A DNA stretch of 64,000 bases from Eledone cirrhosa (GCA_964016885.1 OZ024741.1:1860001-1924000), one strand, 5' to 3'; numbered from the stretch's first letter, positions 39,998 to 51,786 are shown. Notes: a model not told the origin generated them from the letters alone. Numbers and translations: made by a program.

Positions 39998-39998
<1 letters not shown>
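36920..39998 (-). mobile_element. R4/Dong LINE family 2, 5'-truncated, inserted in (TAA)n
   Basis: RT, CCHC and RLE motifs; (TTA)n at both ends. Confidence 0.92.
37064..39319 (-). CDS. Dong-type RT, zinc knuckle and restriction-like endonuclease (751 aa open; frameshift upstream near 39300)
   Basis: [35 protein letters not shown]...HIISMC, RHD, RPDI. Confidence 0.85.
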   Translation of the reverse strand: MEIPRKRQIQNFWINAFTESHELLAQLYNEIVKEPEKIPSWLVNGITFLLPKNDETNNPKNYRPITCLTTMYKILTSVLTEYTYDHLITNDLFPIEQKGCKRGSYGCKDQLLVNKMILEDCHNRHKNLSIAWIDYKKAFDSLPHSWIEKCLEIFKVSPVVRRFLSFSMKTWKTTLLLNSETKSLEAGEVNINCGIFQGDFLSPLLFCIALIPLSKMLNETKHGCKVYDKTINHLFYMDDLKLFAKNDEQLQGLLSTVKQFSDDIKMEFGLDKCAKATFTRGKLLKSSDINLDRGNVMRELDQEKTYKYLGVCEGDGIKHSTMRERIRKECYRRVRAILRTELNARNRIDAINTLAIPVVTYSYNVINWSSTEIRRLDTKIRKFLTMHRMHHPKADIDRIYLPRKEGGRRLIQLDIALKTATIGLSTYLRESHDWMIKLVLKHESIKRSYSITKDAQRYSNGLQISEVPFTAEMENTEKAKQVKVTAKKELLQKLAKKWQEKPLYGKYPERTNNPDVDKTLTHQWLASSGLKSETEGLIISAQDQCLPTKNYQANIIKNGCSPLCRVCKKQPETIDHIISMCSPIAPTEYINRHDRAAQYIHWIMCKHFDLPHQKNWWEHQPPPILEKDHISILWNFSIQTDRKIDANRPDIILKDFKKRVCLLIDMSVPIDKNVSIKTFEKLSKYKDLEIEIGKMWKLRTKTIPVVVGALGMIPKGSNDYLSQIPGNPRIGEIQKIVLMGTAHILRKILSI

Positions 39999-40054
<56 letters not shown>

Positions 40055-40065
40055 GTTATTGTTAT

Positions 40066-42066
40066 TCCTTGAATCTCAGTCATTGATGTTGGTTAACTGG
40101 AAAGTCCGTTGGATTGAATATCAAGCCACTACCTGCAGCCTCAGATATTCAGGACGTATCGGAGGGTTCTTGCTGTTCCAAGCAAGCATGCCTTTTGAAG
40201 CGTTCCAAAAAGCGTGAAGGGGCCGATTTTCTTTAACCATCCCTGGAAACTTTTGGAGATAGTCCCCAGTGCGCCTATGACAATCGGGATCACTTTGACT
40301 TCATGGCAGTTCCAAATCCTTTTCACCTCCCACTTTAGGTCCTGGTATCGGTTAATTTTCTCCCTCTCCTTCTCTTGCACTCTCGTGTCGAACGGGCAGG
40401 CCACATCCACAATCAGGCACGATCTTTTTTCTTTGTCCACAACCACCAGGTCAGGTCTATTGTGTTCCAGTTTTTTGTCCGTCTGTATCCTAAAATCCCA
40501 CAGCACCTTCACCTGATTGTTCTCCATCACCGCCTCTGGCCTATGCTCATACCATTTCTCAGAATGTGGTAAATTGTTTACTTTGCACAGGTGCCAGTGG
40601 ATCACCCTGCCCATCACATCGTGTCTCCAGCCCTTATAGTGGGTCTGGGCTAGGTGTTTACACTCGGACACAATGTGAGCCACAGTCTCCTCTCTCTCTC
40701 CACAGATCCTGCACAGTGGGCTAGCCTCCTCCTTGTAGATATGGTGCTTCAACCACTTCGTTTTGAGAGCCTGCTCCTGCGTAGCCATTAGCATTCCTTC
40801 TGTAGCCTTTTTGAGGTCTCCTCTTCTCAACCAGTTCCATGTCTGTGGATCTCTAAATTCAGTTTTCTCAAAGAAGGTACTATGAAGGGATTTTCCCTTA
40901 AGGCTGCTCTTCCTCCTTGATGTTATTTCCTCCTTGGACATCCCCTGGCCTACTGTCCCCTCCTTCAGTACAGTTCTGAGCATTGGCTCCTTACTATAGG
41001 TCACGTATTTGTATAGGTTGTTTTTCTCCATCTGAACACAGTCCTCTATGCTGATAAGACCTCTTCCACCCTCAGATCTCCTTAGGTAGAGTCTATCGAC
41101 ATCACTCCTCTTGTGGAACATGTTGTAGATAGTCAATAACTTCCTAGTCTTCCTATCCATTTCTTTTTGTTCAGCAACATTCCATCTCAGAATTCCCGCA
41201 CTGTACCTAATAATAGACACAGCTCGGGAATTTACTGCGCTTATGGCATTTCTGCTGTTCAGCTGTGACTTCAATACGCTCCTTACTCTCCGAATGTATT
41301 CAGTTCTTAACAATTCCTTCATTTTTTTGTTCTTTATGCCATCAGCCCCCAGAACGCCCAAATACTTGTATCCTTCCTCAGAGTCAATTTCCTTTATCAT
41401 CTCACCTGTTGGTATCTGGATCCCGTTACTTCTGCTCAACCTGCCCCTCTTCATCACAATGACTCCACATTTACCAATACCAAACTGCATACATATATCA
41501 CTGCTGAAAATACGGACAGTGTCAGCAAGCACATCCAACTCCTTCTCACTTTTCCCGAAGAGCTTAAGGTCGTCCATGAAGAGGAGGTGATTGATGGTAA
41601 GCTCTCCCCTTCCCAACTTGTATCCTGCTCTCACTTTTCGCAGCATAATGGTCAAGGGCATCAGGGCAAGGACAAACAACAGAGGGGACAGGCTATCTCC
41701 CTGGAAGATACCTCTCTTGATCTTCACGCTTCCCAAGGATACTCCAGTTGATGTCAACTCTGTCTCCCAGGACCCCATACTCCTGCCTAGCAACTGTCTG
41801 ATGTTATCTGCCACCCTGAAGATCTCCAGGCTTTTGGTGATCCAGGAATGAGGCACCATGTCAAATGCCTTTCTGTAGTCTATCCATCCCATGGCAAGAT
41901 CAGTGTGTCTCCTCCTGCAATTCCCCATTACCATCTTATCAATAAGTAACTGGTCCTTTGTACCACGTGACTTCTTTCGGCATCCTTTCTGTTCGTCCGG
42001 TAACAAGTTGTTTGTGTGGAGGTGGTGGTAGATTTCCTCAGACACAATGCTCGTCAACAGTTTCCA

Positions 42067-42068
<2 letters not shown>
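40066..42068 (-). mobile_element. R4/Dong LINE family 1, copy 2, 5'-truncated, inserted in (TAA)n
   Basis: Highly similar to 33760-35760; (TTA)n at both ends. Confidence 0.92.

Positions 42069-42069
<1 letters not shown>
40141..42069 (-). CDS. Dong-type RT-RLE, uninterrupted 642-aa C-terminal part
   Basis: [31 protein letters not shown]...HIVSEC, RHD, RPDL. Confidence 0.85.
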
Positions 42070-42136
<67 letters not shown>

Positions 42137-42435
42137 GTTATTATCGCTAATTATTTGCTGGTTTGAATTAAGAATTTTGCTATTAATTTTTGCAATATTT
42201 TGAGAAATATTCATAGTTGTTGAATAAGAAAGTTTAACTGTGTGTCTGTTGAAGATAGAGTAATACTTATGTGATCTAGGGAAACATTTATCTAAGGCTT
42301 TAAAACATAAATGTGCTAAAGGTGTTTTAATAGCTAAAGACGCTGGTGGGGCATACCAAATAATAAATCTAGTTCTAATTTTTTTCCTCGTATCATTCTC
42401 CAAATTGTTGTTTTTATTTGTATTTTTAGCATCAG

Positions 42436-42499
<64 letters not shown>
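42069..42499 (-). mobile_element. Naiad-type PLE fragment (post-RT region) bounded by (AAT)n
   Basis: IIWYAPP...CFPRSHKYYSIFNRHTVKLSYS, homologous to ORF 49193-49552 (VLWLHPP...FPPNHRYRKILNKNNIKLSFS). Confidence 0.8.
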
Positions 42500-45400
42500 G
42501 GTCTAAGCGGACGTATTTTGCTCGCTCACAGTAAGTCTCTTTATTTGCCTGTTTAAATTATTTGTTGTTAAATATTTCTTGTTGTGTAAGGGATATAAGC
42601 CCTTAGACTTTGCCCTGTGAAGGGGAAAGTATAATATTTGGGCCTTTTGGCCCAAATATTTGAACTTTTTTTTACATGTTAAAAAATTTACGAAGAAAAA
42701 AAACATGGCTGAGCCACGCCCCCCAGCGATATGTCGGCTGTCGTGCGACAACGACGTAGAAGTTGAGAGGAGCGCTACAGCGAAATTAACACACATTGAT
42801 AACACAAACACCACCACAAACAAGTTAAACAAAGACACCAATGATACCAATAAGAACTCTAATTTGAAAAAAAAAAAAATGACAGTAACAGCGACAACGA
42901 AAATACAGATAACAAAAAAACAAAACAAATACAACAACAATATCAACACCACTAACATGAAAACAAATAGCGACAACATCAACAGCAACAATACCAACTG
43001 CACCGAGAACAACGGTGGCAGCAAAGACAACAATGATAACAGCGACAGTGCTAACAACAACACCAACAAGAACAACGTCAACAACACCCATGCTTCAACA
43101 TGGACGATGCTTCAACATGGACCTCTCAAACAAAGATGAAAAGTTGGCCCAGGCATAGAAGCTCATCAAGCAAGAGCAAACTTGGGCCAACTTAACTGTC
43201 CCGGTAGAAACTATTGAGGCAGTGGAGCGCAAAACGGTGCATTATAGATGCATCTCAGCACAAACCAAAAGGGCAGCGTTAATCCCACAAGAAGATATCG
43301 AAGTCGCGCTGAGGTGCATCAGAGAAGACACCCAGTACATAGAGAGGGGCAGACAGTACGGCACCATTTCGGTGTTGTTCAAGTCAGAAGCCCTCGCGAT
43401 GAAACCCCGCCATGACTCCTTGCAAAACCAGCAAGGTCATAATGTACCCCTCTCACATGGGAAAAAGAGCGGCCCGTCTCCGCATTCCCAGAATCCCACC
43501 AGGATTTGACATGTGGTGGCTTCTGGGATGTGATTGTGGAGGGGACGGATACAGTCCCTATAGAAGTGACCAGAACGAGCAGAGAGGACTGGTTCGGGGT
43601 TGACCTAGAGATCCTTCTCCAGATCAGGCCCGAGAATGTGAAGACAATCCCAGACCACATCCGCCTTCAGAATGGGACTGTCATTCACATTATGACCAAA
43701 GGCAAAAGGCCGCAGTGTTTTGTTTGTGGGGAAAAAACCCATTTGCGAGCCTTCTGCCCTGAACTGCTGAAAGAGGCAAGGGGTCGAAAGGCTCCACTGC
43801 TGCCGACGCCGGGGCGAGGACCACAACCAACACCTGCACCGGCAAAACCACCAACAACAAAACCAATAGAAAGACACCATCAACATTGACCACCCAGGAG
43901 GGAAACGAGGAAAGCTGTCAAATTCCCTCTTCCCCCAAAAATACACACACCAATAAAACCTTAAACATACATACAGACACACTTACAGAAACAGACCCCT
44001 CATCTACCAGTAGTGAAAATGAGGGAAATCCCAAATCCCCCAAAATACAAAAAAGGAAACACAAAAAGAAAAAAAAACTCAACAAAATACAAAAGCACCC
44101 ACAATAAAAAAACGCAGACACCACCCACGCAAACATCTCTCCAATAACACTAACATCAACACCACCATCACCATCACCAGAATCCCCCAAACGCAAACAA
44201 CCGAAACAGACGCAAGAACAAATATACACACAAACATCTGAAACCACAGACATCGCACTCACAACAAACACGGATACAACCGAAACAACACCACCAAAAC
44301 CATCACCACCACAGCCACGCAAACAAATAAAATCACACCAACAAAACATACAAAATTTCGTGCTCGTCAGGAGGGCCAACAAGGAACTGATGGCCCTCGT
44401 AGCACGAAGTGAAAATATACAAAATGAGGGGGAAATGTTTAAATCGCGCATATTTCGCGTGCCGGAAGATTTGGTTCTGGTGCGAATGTCGCTCGACATA
44501 TTCAAAGAAATACGAGACATCTTTCCTCGGGACGTGGGAACCCCGAACGTAAAACCCACTTCAAGACTTTTAAAGGGGTTCCCAAAAGAAACCCCACTAA
44601 CTATGGAGGTCGAACAACCCGACCTTCACAAGAGCCCGGAAGGTAAGTAAACCTTCCCCTCTCTCTGTTTAACCTGCCAACATGGCCGTATTAAGAGTAG
44701 GATGTTTAAATGTTCGAGGCCTGGGATCGTCCTGGAAGCAGGGTCACCTGCTCAACGACCTCAGGTCTATAGAAATGGATGTAATTGCAGTCAGCGAGAC
44801 CAGGATTTCCAACACGCGCGCACTAGCCCCCATTTTCGACGACTATCAGATTTTTGCATCTGTTAGCCGGCCGGGAATGGGAGGCGGGGTGGCAGTGCTG
44901 TTTAGGAAAGGCCTGGATCTCGATGTAAGGTCGATCTTCCGGGACCCGGACGGGAAGTTGGTGGTCCTGGACGTGAACAATAATGAAGGTGGTGCCTTTA
45001 GACTGGTAGCCGTCTATGCTCCTACTGGGGCAGGACGGCCGAACTTCTTTAGACGCCTGGAAGCCTTTCTGGGTACGTCTCGCCGTTTACTGTTAGCGGG
45101 GGACTGGAACGGCATCTTAGACGCACGCTGGTACTGTGTGGGAGTAGCCGATAGGAGCGGGGGGTGCAAAAGCCTCGAGAACCTGATCAGCCAGTTCCAA
45201 CTGTCTGACAGGTACCGACTAGATTTCCCTAATGCGCCAGTGTGGACCTGGGCTAACCGCATGGGGTCATCTAGATCGTATATAGACAGGATATTCATTA
45301 GGAAAATAGACAGAAATAGTGTAAGCTGTCCACGTTTTGAAACGGTCGCCTATTCAGATTACAAGTTTGTGATCTGTATGGTCGACCTAGATAAGACGCG

Positions 45401-45581
45401 TAGGTTAGGACGTGGTTACTGGAAGCTAAACATGTCATTTCCGGCACGTAAGGCTTACAGGGACCAGGTCAACAATTTAGTTAAGAAAAAGTTGACAGGG
45501 GGAGTCGTCAACAATAGATGGTGGTGGGCTCTCAAAAGATAGATTAGAGTAATGTCGATAGAGTTTAGCAAAGAAGTAGCA
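42500..45581 (+). mobile_element. L1/Tx1-clade LINE, 5' half (5' UTR, ORF1, AP endonuclease)
   Basis: ORF1 fragments with zinc knuckle CFVCGEKTHLRAFC; ORF2 has CLNVRGL, VSET, VYAP, GDWN, SYIDRIF, SDY, YWKLN; begins directly after (TTA)n. Confidence 0.88.
44682..45542 (+). pseudogene. LINE ORF2 apurinic-like endonuclease domain
   Basis: APE motifs in order; the SDH histidine reads as Y; truncated before the RT. Confidence 0.85.
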
Positions 45582-46570
45582 TTTAGTTTGTTTGTGATGA
45601 TAATGTTTTTGAGAATTATGTTAGTCTTGTGTATTATCTTTTGGTTCTGTTTGGAGCTCTGGATCTTAGGGAGGGTGTCTCGTTACCCCATGTCAGATTC
45701 TTTCATTTTCATCCATTCGATCATAATTTCATCCTTCAAGTTGACAAGTTCATTCTCATTCATTTCTTTATCATTTACGATCTCATTATTTTCATTTGGA
45801 GTTTCATCCTGAGCATGCACTCCCTCCACTTTTTCGATCCTTTCTTTAATTTGTTCTGTTGCCAGTGATTCCGCCCCAACCCTGGGATTCGAAGTGTTAC
45901 AGTTTACCTCGTTTTCACTGACACATGTTTCATTTTCCCTTCGCTGACTTTGTGCTAATAGCTTGATCTGATCAATTTCTATATCAGTTAGTAACTTTTT
46001 TCTTACAATATTTCTTCGTATATTGGCTAGTTTGTTACTGTCAATATAGCCTCTGTTTTCGGGATGTTTCTTTTTCCAGTTGATATATTTCTGTTCTGTA
46101 TTCGATGTATTTGATGGGTAGTACATGGCAGTGTAGAAAGCCTCAAGGACTTCTTTATTATCTTCCCTTGACCATTTTTCTCTCTTTTTCTTTGGATTTC
46201 TTGGTGGTGAGCATGGAGGGCCAACAGTAGGAGTATTCCGGTTATGGGAGGTCTCCAGCTCCGAAGTGATGAGAAGGTTTGAACCATTAGCTGATTTTTC
46301 GACCCCAGTCTGGTTCCTCTCTGAGGGACGCGGCCCTTTTTTACCCGGGTGACGGCCGATCCGGTATGAGATTTTATCATTAGACATTTACTTTATTTTG
46401 TCGCGTTTTATCCTTATCCGCCAAGGGGTAATCATTTCGTGTTACCACTTCTAGAACGAGTGTCAACCAAGACTAGCGGGGTCGTTCTCCCCTAGAGACA
46501 CGGCTATTCCCGGCCGGCCGCCATCCCGGTATTTCTTGGTCACGGGGTTTTCTTTTTGTTGTTTTTTTTA
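45582..46570 (-). mobile_element. R4/Dong LINE family 2, 5' UTR and ORF N-terminus
   Basis: 45582-45672 repeats 39908-39998; ORF 45683-46387 (MSNDKISYRIGRH...KWSREDN...KLANIRRNIVRKKLLTDIEID) leads into it. Confidence 0.85.
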
Positions 46571-47337
46571 AATTGTTATTATCATGAGTGGTTCCTTAAT
46601 GTGAGCATTGCGTGGCTTAAGAATGAAATTATTAATAACCGTCTCCACTCCAGGCACAAGGCCAGCAATCACCCAGTGCATTACAATAATATAATATACT
46701 TTTTGCTGAAGTTGCCTGTTATTGTTGTTGGCTATGTCGGTGGTGGTGCCGGGGCTTTTTATATTGTTGGTGAGGAAGGGGTGAGCCAGCAGTCCCATAG
46801 TTGTTGATGTTGACGTTTGGCCGGTGGCCAGATCACTAAGTCAATCTATTTATATCTTTTGCTAGCCTCTCCCTTGTCTAGTGATACCGCCACCTTCCCC
46901 TTTCTTCCCCTTTCTCTCTCAAGTTAACAGGGGAATAGTGGTGGTAGCAATGAAGGAGTGGTGGCGGCGGTGATGGGATAGTGGTAGCAATGATGGATGG
47001 GGTGATGGCGGCGGTGGCATTGTCATTACTGAGTTTTGTGATGTAGTATCTATGAGTTTGTGTTCGTATGTTTAATATATATTGTGTTGACATATTCCCG
47101 TAAAATTTGGATTAAACATTTTGTTAAAACTTGAGACAATAATAATAGTAATTATTATTATGATGCTGGGATTGATGGTGGTGGTGGTGAAATTGCAGAA
47201 TGTGCTCAATACTAGTGCCGGCAGTATTAAATATTAGAAGTCTTAATATTTAGTGGGCGAGAGAGTTAGCAGAGCGTAAGCACGTGGAAAAGTAAGAAAT
47301 CGGAGAACAGACCGTTAATACATGTTTATTTAAAACA

Positions 47338-47377
47338 GCACCTAAGTACGTTTCGCCCGGATGGGCTTCTCAAGGGC
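47338..47377 (-). ncRNA. Degenerate hammerhead-like motif in pseudo-LTR
   Basis: gccc-TTGAGAA-gccc-atcc-gggc-GAAAC-gtac-ttaggtgc; stem II is clean, core 1 deviates. Confidence 0.45.
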
Positions 47378-47934
47378 ATAAATAGCTAAAAGTGTTCCTT
47401 ACATGGCCCGGAAAGTGTTTTGGGGGGTAAGTTCACGTCAGAGTTCATTCTTCGCAAAAAAAGAGTGTTTTGATTTTGCAGTAGGTCAAGGGGGGTAACT
47501 CTGGCCAGTTAGGGCAGTCTTTCCCGGACAAATATTTTATCCGTTACAAGATGTGGTTACAACCTTACCATTGTCGATACGCACAGGGTCAGGTAATCAA
47601 CGCCTATTTTGAGACGCTTGTTTTTCTGCACCTGCCCGCCTGGGTCATTTGAAGCTGGGTCTGGGATGAATGGTTAGCTTCCGGATGTTTTTTGCAGCGC
47701 CTGCCCGCCGGGGTGTTAAAGCTTGTTGCAGGGAGGCCCGGTATACGGTTTCACTCCTCATCCTTATCCCATCTGAAGAAGGATATTTTTAAGCGATGTG
47801 TACAGCTTATCGTCGTTTCAGCTCTGTTGTTGATGAGCTCGTGGGGTGCAGTTATGATGTGGTAGAGCTCCATGAGGCAAAGATCGCACTTCCTCTTGAA
47901 GTTGTACGGTGCAACCCTGCCGACAATATCCCAG

Positions 47935-50166
47935 CTTAGAAATAGAAAAGTACGCAAACCCGTACGTCCCTCTGACGCCTAGTTTCTCTCTTAAGGATCA
48001 CAAATGTATCTTTAATGAAAGCCCCTCTATTAGACTAATATGTCCCTCTACATAAGATTAGTAAAGTGATCCTCGATAGCGTACTACTGGAGCTTAATAG
48101 AAAGTCTAAGGTCTGCCTCTGGGGTAACACCGACCAGGTCATAAACTGGTTCACCGAGTTGCCTGATAAAGCGACCCTGAAGTTCATCCAGTTTGACATA
48201 GGTAGTTACTACGCCTCTATCTCCCCCATACTCTTAAATGAGGCACTCATATTAGCTAAATCTAACACTAGCCTCACTAAAAAAGAAATAGACATAGTTC
48301 TAGCGGCGCGTAGAACCATTATCCAGTTCGAAGGCTCCCACTGGACCAGAACCAACCGTCCTGATAACTTCGATATCACGATGGGGTCCAGCGACTCAGC
48401 GCAAGCAACTGACCTGGTCGGAATATACCTCCTCCATAAGCTTAGGGACGAGATACCGGCCCTACAAGGCGGTTTATATAGGGACGACGCCCTGTTTACC
48501 GTTAGGAACCATAGCCCTCGTAGGATAGAGAACCTTAACAAGCGTATACACAGGTTCTTCAAGTCATACGGCCTATCCGTAACTATAGACCTCAACCACC
48601 AGGTTGTCAACTTCCTGGACGTGACTCTGGAGCTGAGTACGGGCCTATACAAGCCATACCATAAGCCTGGAGAGAGCCTTTCTTATATTAATTATGCCTC
48701 CAACCACCCTAAGCAAGCTCTCAACTCCATAGTCTATAGCATCTCACATAGAATCTCGAGGCTCTCCGCCAATGAGGATATCTTCAACCTAGCGGCAGAT
48801 TACTACAATAGGGCCTTGATAAGCGCTGGCTTTAACCGAGGAATTTCCTACATCCCTAACGCTAGCTCCAGAACCCCCCCCCTCATAAGACGAACGTTAT
48901 AGTAAGCCATACCTATAACCAATCACGCGGCGACTTTATAGGAGTCGGATATAATAGTATAGATAATCGCACTAAGGAACACCGCCGCAATGTTAATTAC
49001 ACTGGCGATGGTATAGGTAACTTACCACACAATAAAGATAACGACCTCGGTGACAGTGACCACTGTAGCCTAGTCGAATTATTCCATTACGATAAAATCA
49101 ACAAAGGCGACGGCCTACTACCAACGCCTTCCAACCAACATCTTCCTGTACATAAACATAGAAGAAGGAAGAAGAGTGCACCTGAGCATAAAGTGAAAGG
49201 GGCACGTAACGGGCTACAGTGTATTAACATGCATAAGAACGGTCACCTTGATGGAACCACCCGTAGCAAACGTACAAGGACACGTAATCGCCACCGTAAC
49301 GTCCTATGGCTCCATCCCCCCTACTCTCGGAGTGTGGCCTCCAACATACCCCGGATATTCTTCGAAGCCTTAGAGAAGAACTTCCCGCCCAACCATAGGT
49401 ATAGAAAAATCCTTAATAAGAACAATATAAAATTATCCTTCTCTACTACTCCTAACCTAGCAGACATCATAGGAACAACGAACCACAGTAAGATCACCAA
49501 GACACAGCACCTTCATCTGACAATAACTATATCGACCTTAACGACTCCCTAGTAGCATCCAATAGTGCTGGCAACAGCCTTTACAGACGCAACCAGCATA
49601 ACTGCGACATGACTGGGGAACATGCAGGAAATGACGTGCGGAATAATAATCGTACCACCCCTCGCACAGTGGGTTATAATGGTGCTAACGACAGGTGCGG
49701 GAGCGTAGATAACAAAGATGATAGCAATAATGATAGCCTTGCCGTGGGAATTAGAAGGAACCGCGACAGAAATTGCAACTGCCACGACAGCGGACGCTGC
49801 CCCCTTAGAGGATACTGCTTGACTAATAGGGTTATATATAGGTGCACCGTAATTATCCACAATAGCGTTAAACATTATATAGGGGTTACCTCTGGCCCGT
49901 TCAAAATTAGATTTCGAACACATCTCCACTCTTTCACAAATAAGAAATTAAGACGCTCCACTTCACCCGCGGACTACATCACATCATTAAAAGACTTAAA
50001 CACCAGCTTCTCCACGCACTGGGATATTGTCGGAAGGGTTGCACCATACAACTTCAAGAGGAAGTGCGATCTTTGTCTCATGGAGCTCTACCACATCATA
50101 ACTGCACCCCACGAGCTCATCAACAGCAGAGCTGAAACGACGATAAGCTGTACACATCGCTTAAAA
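47935..50166 (+). pseudogene. Naiad-type PLE RT / GIY-YIG endonuclease, disrupted
   Basis: FIQFDIGSYY, TMGSSDSAQATDLVG, GLYRDDAL, NFLDV, SNHP, NCNCHDSGRCPLRGYCL, YIGVT, CDLCLME. Confidence 0.9.
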
Positions 50167-50264
50167 AGGTACCTAGGTGCTGTTTTAAATAAACATGTAT
50201 TAACGGTCTGTTCTCCGTCTTTTTACTTTTCCACGTATATGCCTGGAAACTTACATGAAAATAG

Positions 50265-50346
50265 ACTTTCCTGACGACGGAATGCTTTTCTATATATTCT
50301 TCGGAAAATATATTTACTCCATTCCAGAAACTAATTAGTTGGAAGT
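50265..50346 (+). ncRNA. Hammerhead ribozyme, family B, copy 1
   Basis: actttc-CTGACGA-c-ggaatg...cattcc-a-GAAAC-taatta-GTT-ggaagt. Confidence 0.82.
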
Positions 50347-50806
50347 GATATTTTAGTAAGTAAGTCAATTTTATAATTTTTTTATAATTTTATAATTTTC
50401 TTATCTTACGTCTCTCATATTATTGATCTGCAACCCCATGCATTGAACCACAATGTTACTAAGACAAAACCTATATATTTGCTAGCATTGATATGCATCT
50501 GTATGTATATAAATGTTACTAGATATTAATTCTTTATAATTATCTCCAATTCATTTGTCGAGCAATATTGGCCATGACTGCTGCTATAGTAGTAGGCAGG
50601 CCGCTGTCTTATTAACAACTCGCTTTCCACTGATTGACCTCGATGTCACGTGATTGATTCTTTTTGAATTTGCCACAGACGTAGAGGCAGTGATTTTCTC
50701 AATGGCTAGGATTTCAGTCCACGCTTCGCTATTTCCTTTCCACTGAATTATTTTTTTAATAAGTTTCCAGAGTCCTCGCTATGCCTGGAAACTTACATGA
50801 AAATAG

Positions 50807-50879
50807 ACTTTCCTGACGACGGAATGCTTTTTTTATATATTCTTATTTACTCCATTCCAGAAACTAATTAGTTGGAAGT
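50807..50879 (+). ncRNA. Hammerhead ribozyme, family B, copy 2
   Basis: Same motif with a shortened stem II loop; both cores are intact. Confidence 0.82.
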
Positions 50880-50943
50880 GATATTTTAGTAAGTAAGTCA
50901 ATTTTATAATTTTTTTATAATTTTATAATTTTCTTATCTTACG

Positions 50944-50988
<45 letters not shown>

Positions 50989-51341
50989 ATTTTTTGTTCT
51001 TATTTATTTATTTAGTTATTCCTGCTTCCTAACTACTGCTCGTATCTGTGTATACATTTTTGAGTGCATATATATCTGTGTATATGTATGTGTATGTATT
51101 TATGTTCCTGTAGACGCAAATACGCTTATGTGAGAAAGTATACGTCTACGTACTTTTTAGTATATGCGCGGAGTTGAGTGTGTGTATGCTTACGCTCTGG
51201 ATATTTATATTTTTATATATATATTTTTTATTTTTTTCCCCTATTTCCTTTTCGCCCGTTTTATTTTTCAGCCTCACTTTCATATTTCCTAAATTTTGTT
51301 TTCAAATCCATATTTAATAAATACACCATGTTTGTTCTTTA

Positions 51342-51402
51342 TTCATTCTGACGACTGAAGACAGACACAACATCTGTCTTCAAGAAACCACTGGTAAATG
51401 AA
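51342..51402 (+). ncRNA. Type I hammerhead ribozyme, best-formed in the window
   Basis: ttcatt-CTGACGA-c-tgaagacaga-cacaaca-tctgtcttca-a-GAAAC-ca-c-tg-GTA-aatgaa. Confidence 0.88.
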
Positions 51403-51683
51403 ATAATTATCTTATGTTGTTTATTACATAACTAATATATATATAAATAATAAATAATCCCGACCTTAACTATCAACGCATCTCTCCAAAAGTAACCAGT
51501 ATAATAAAACCCCTACCATAACATTTTGATTAAGATATCTACAAACCACTCTCTCCTACTTCTCCAACCCCTGCATATCTTTCTCTCTCTCTACCTCTCC
51601 CCTACTTTTCTCTCTTCCTTTCCTACTCTATCTTCCCCCAACAACCCCACTTAAGGGTATTTACATTGTACATTTTACCATTC

Positions 51684-51786
51684 TGCTCTGAGGTCACAGC
51701 ATTGGATATTTGAGTTCTGCAAATTCTTGTAAATTTGCACATAGCATAACTAGGCTGCAGTACCACCGTGGAAACATTTGTAAGCA
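51684..51786 (+). ncRNA. Degenerate HHR with ~75-nt stem II region
   Basis: tgct-CTGAGG-tcac...cgtg-GAAAC-attt-GTA-agca. Confidence 0.5.

Larger units (their letters stand above)
47282..50235 (+). mobile_element. Naiad-type PLE with inverted pseudo-LTR (47282-47934)
   Basis: 47788-47934 mirrors 50019-50166 and 47282-47349 mirrors 50169-50236; RT and endonuclease lie between. Confidence 0.9.
50238..50953 (+). mobile_element. Retrozyme-like family B: tandem ~1.3-mer with two direct HHRs
   Basis: 50238-50420 is repeated at 50780-50953; no ORF; ends in (TA)n. Confidence 0.85.

Noticed and set aside
49774-49820. Selenocysteine-encoding Naiad endonuclease
   Set aside because: The CxCx5C cysteines are TGC codons here, not TGA.
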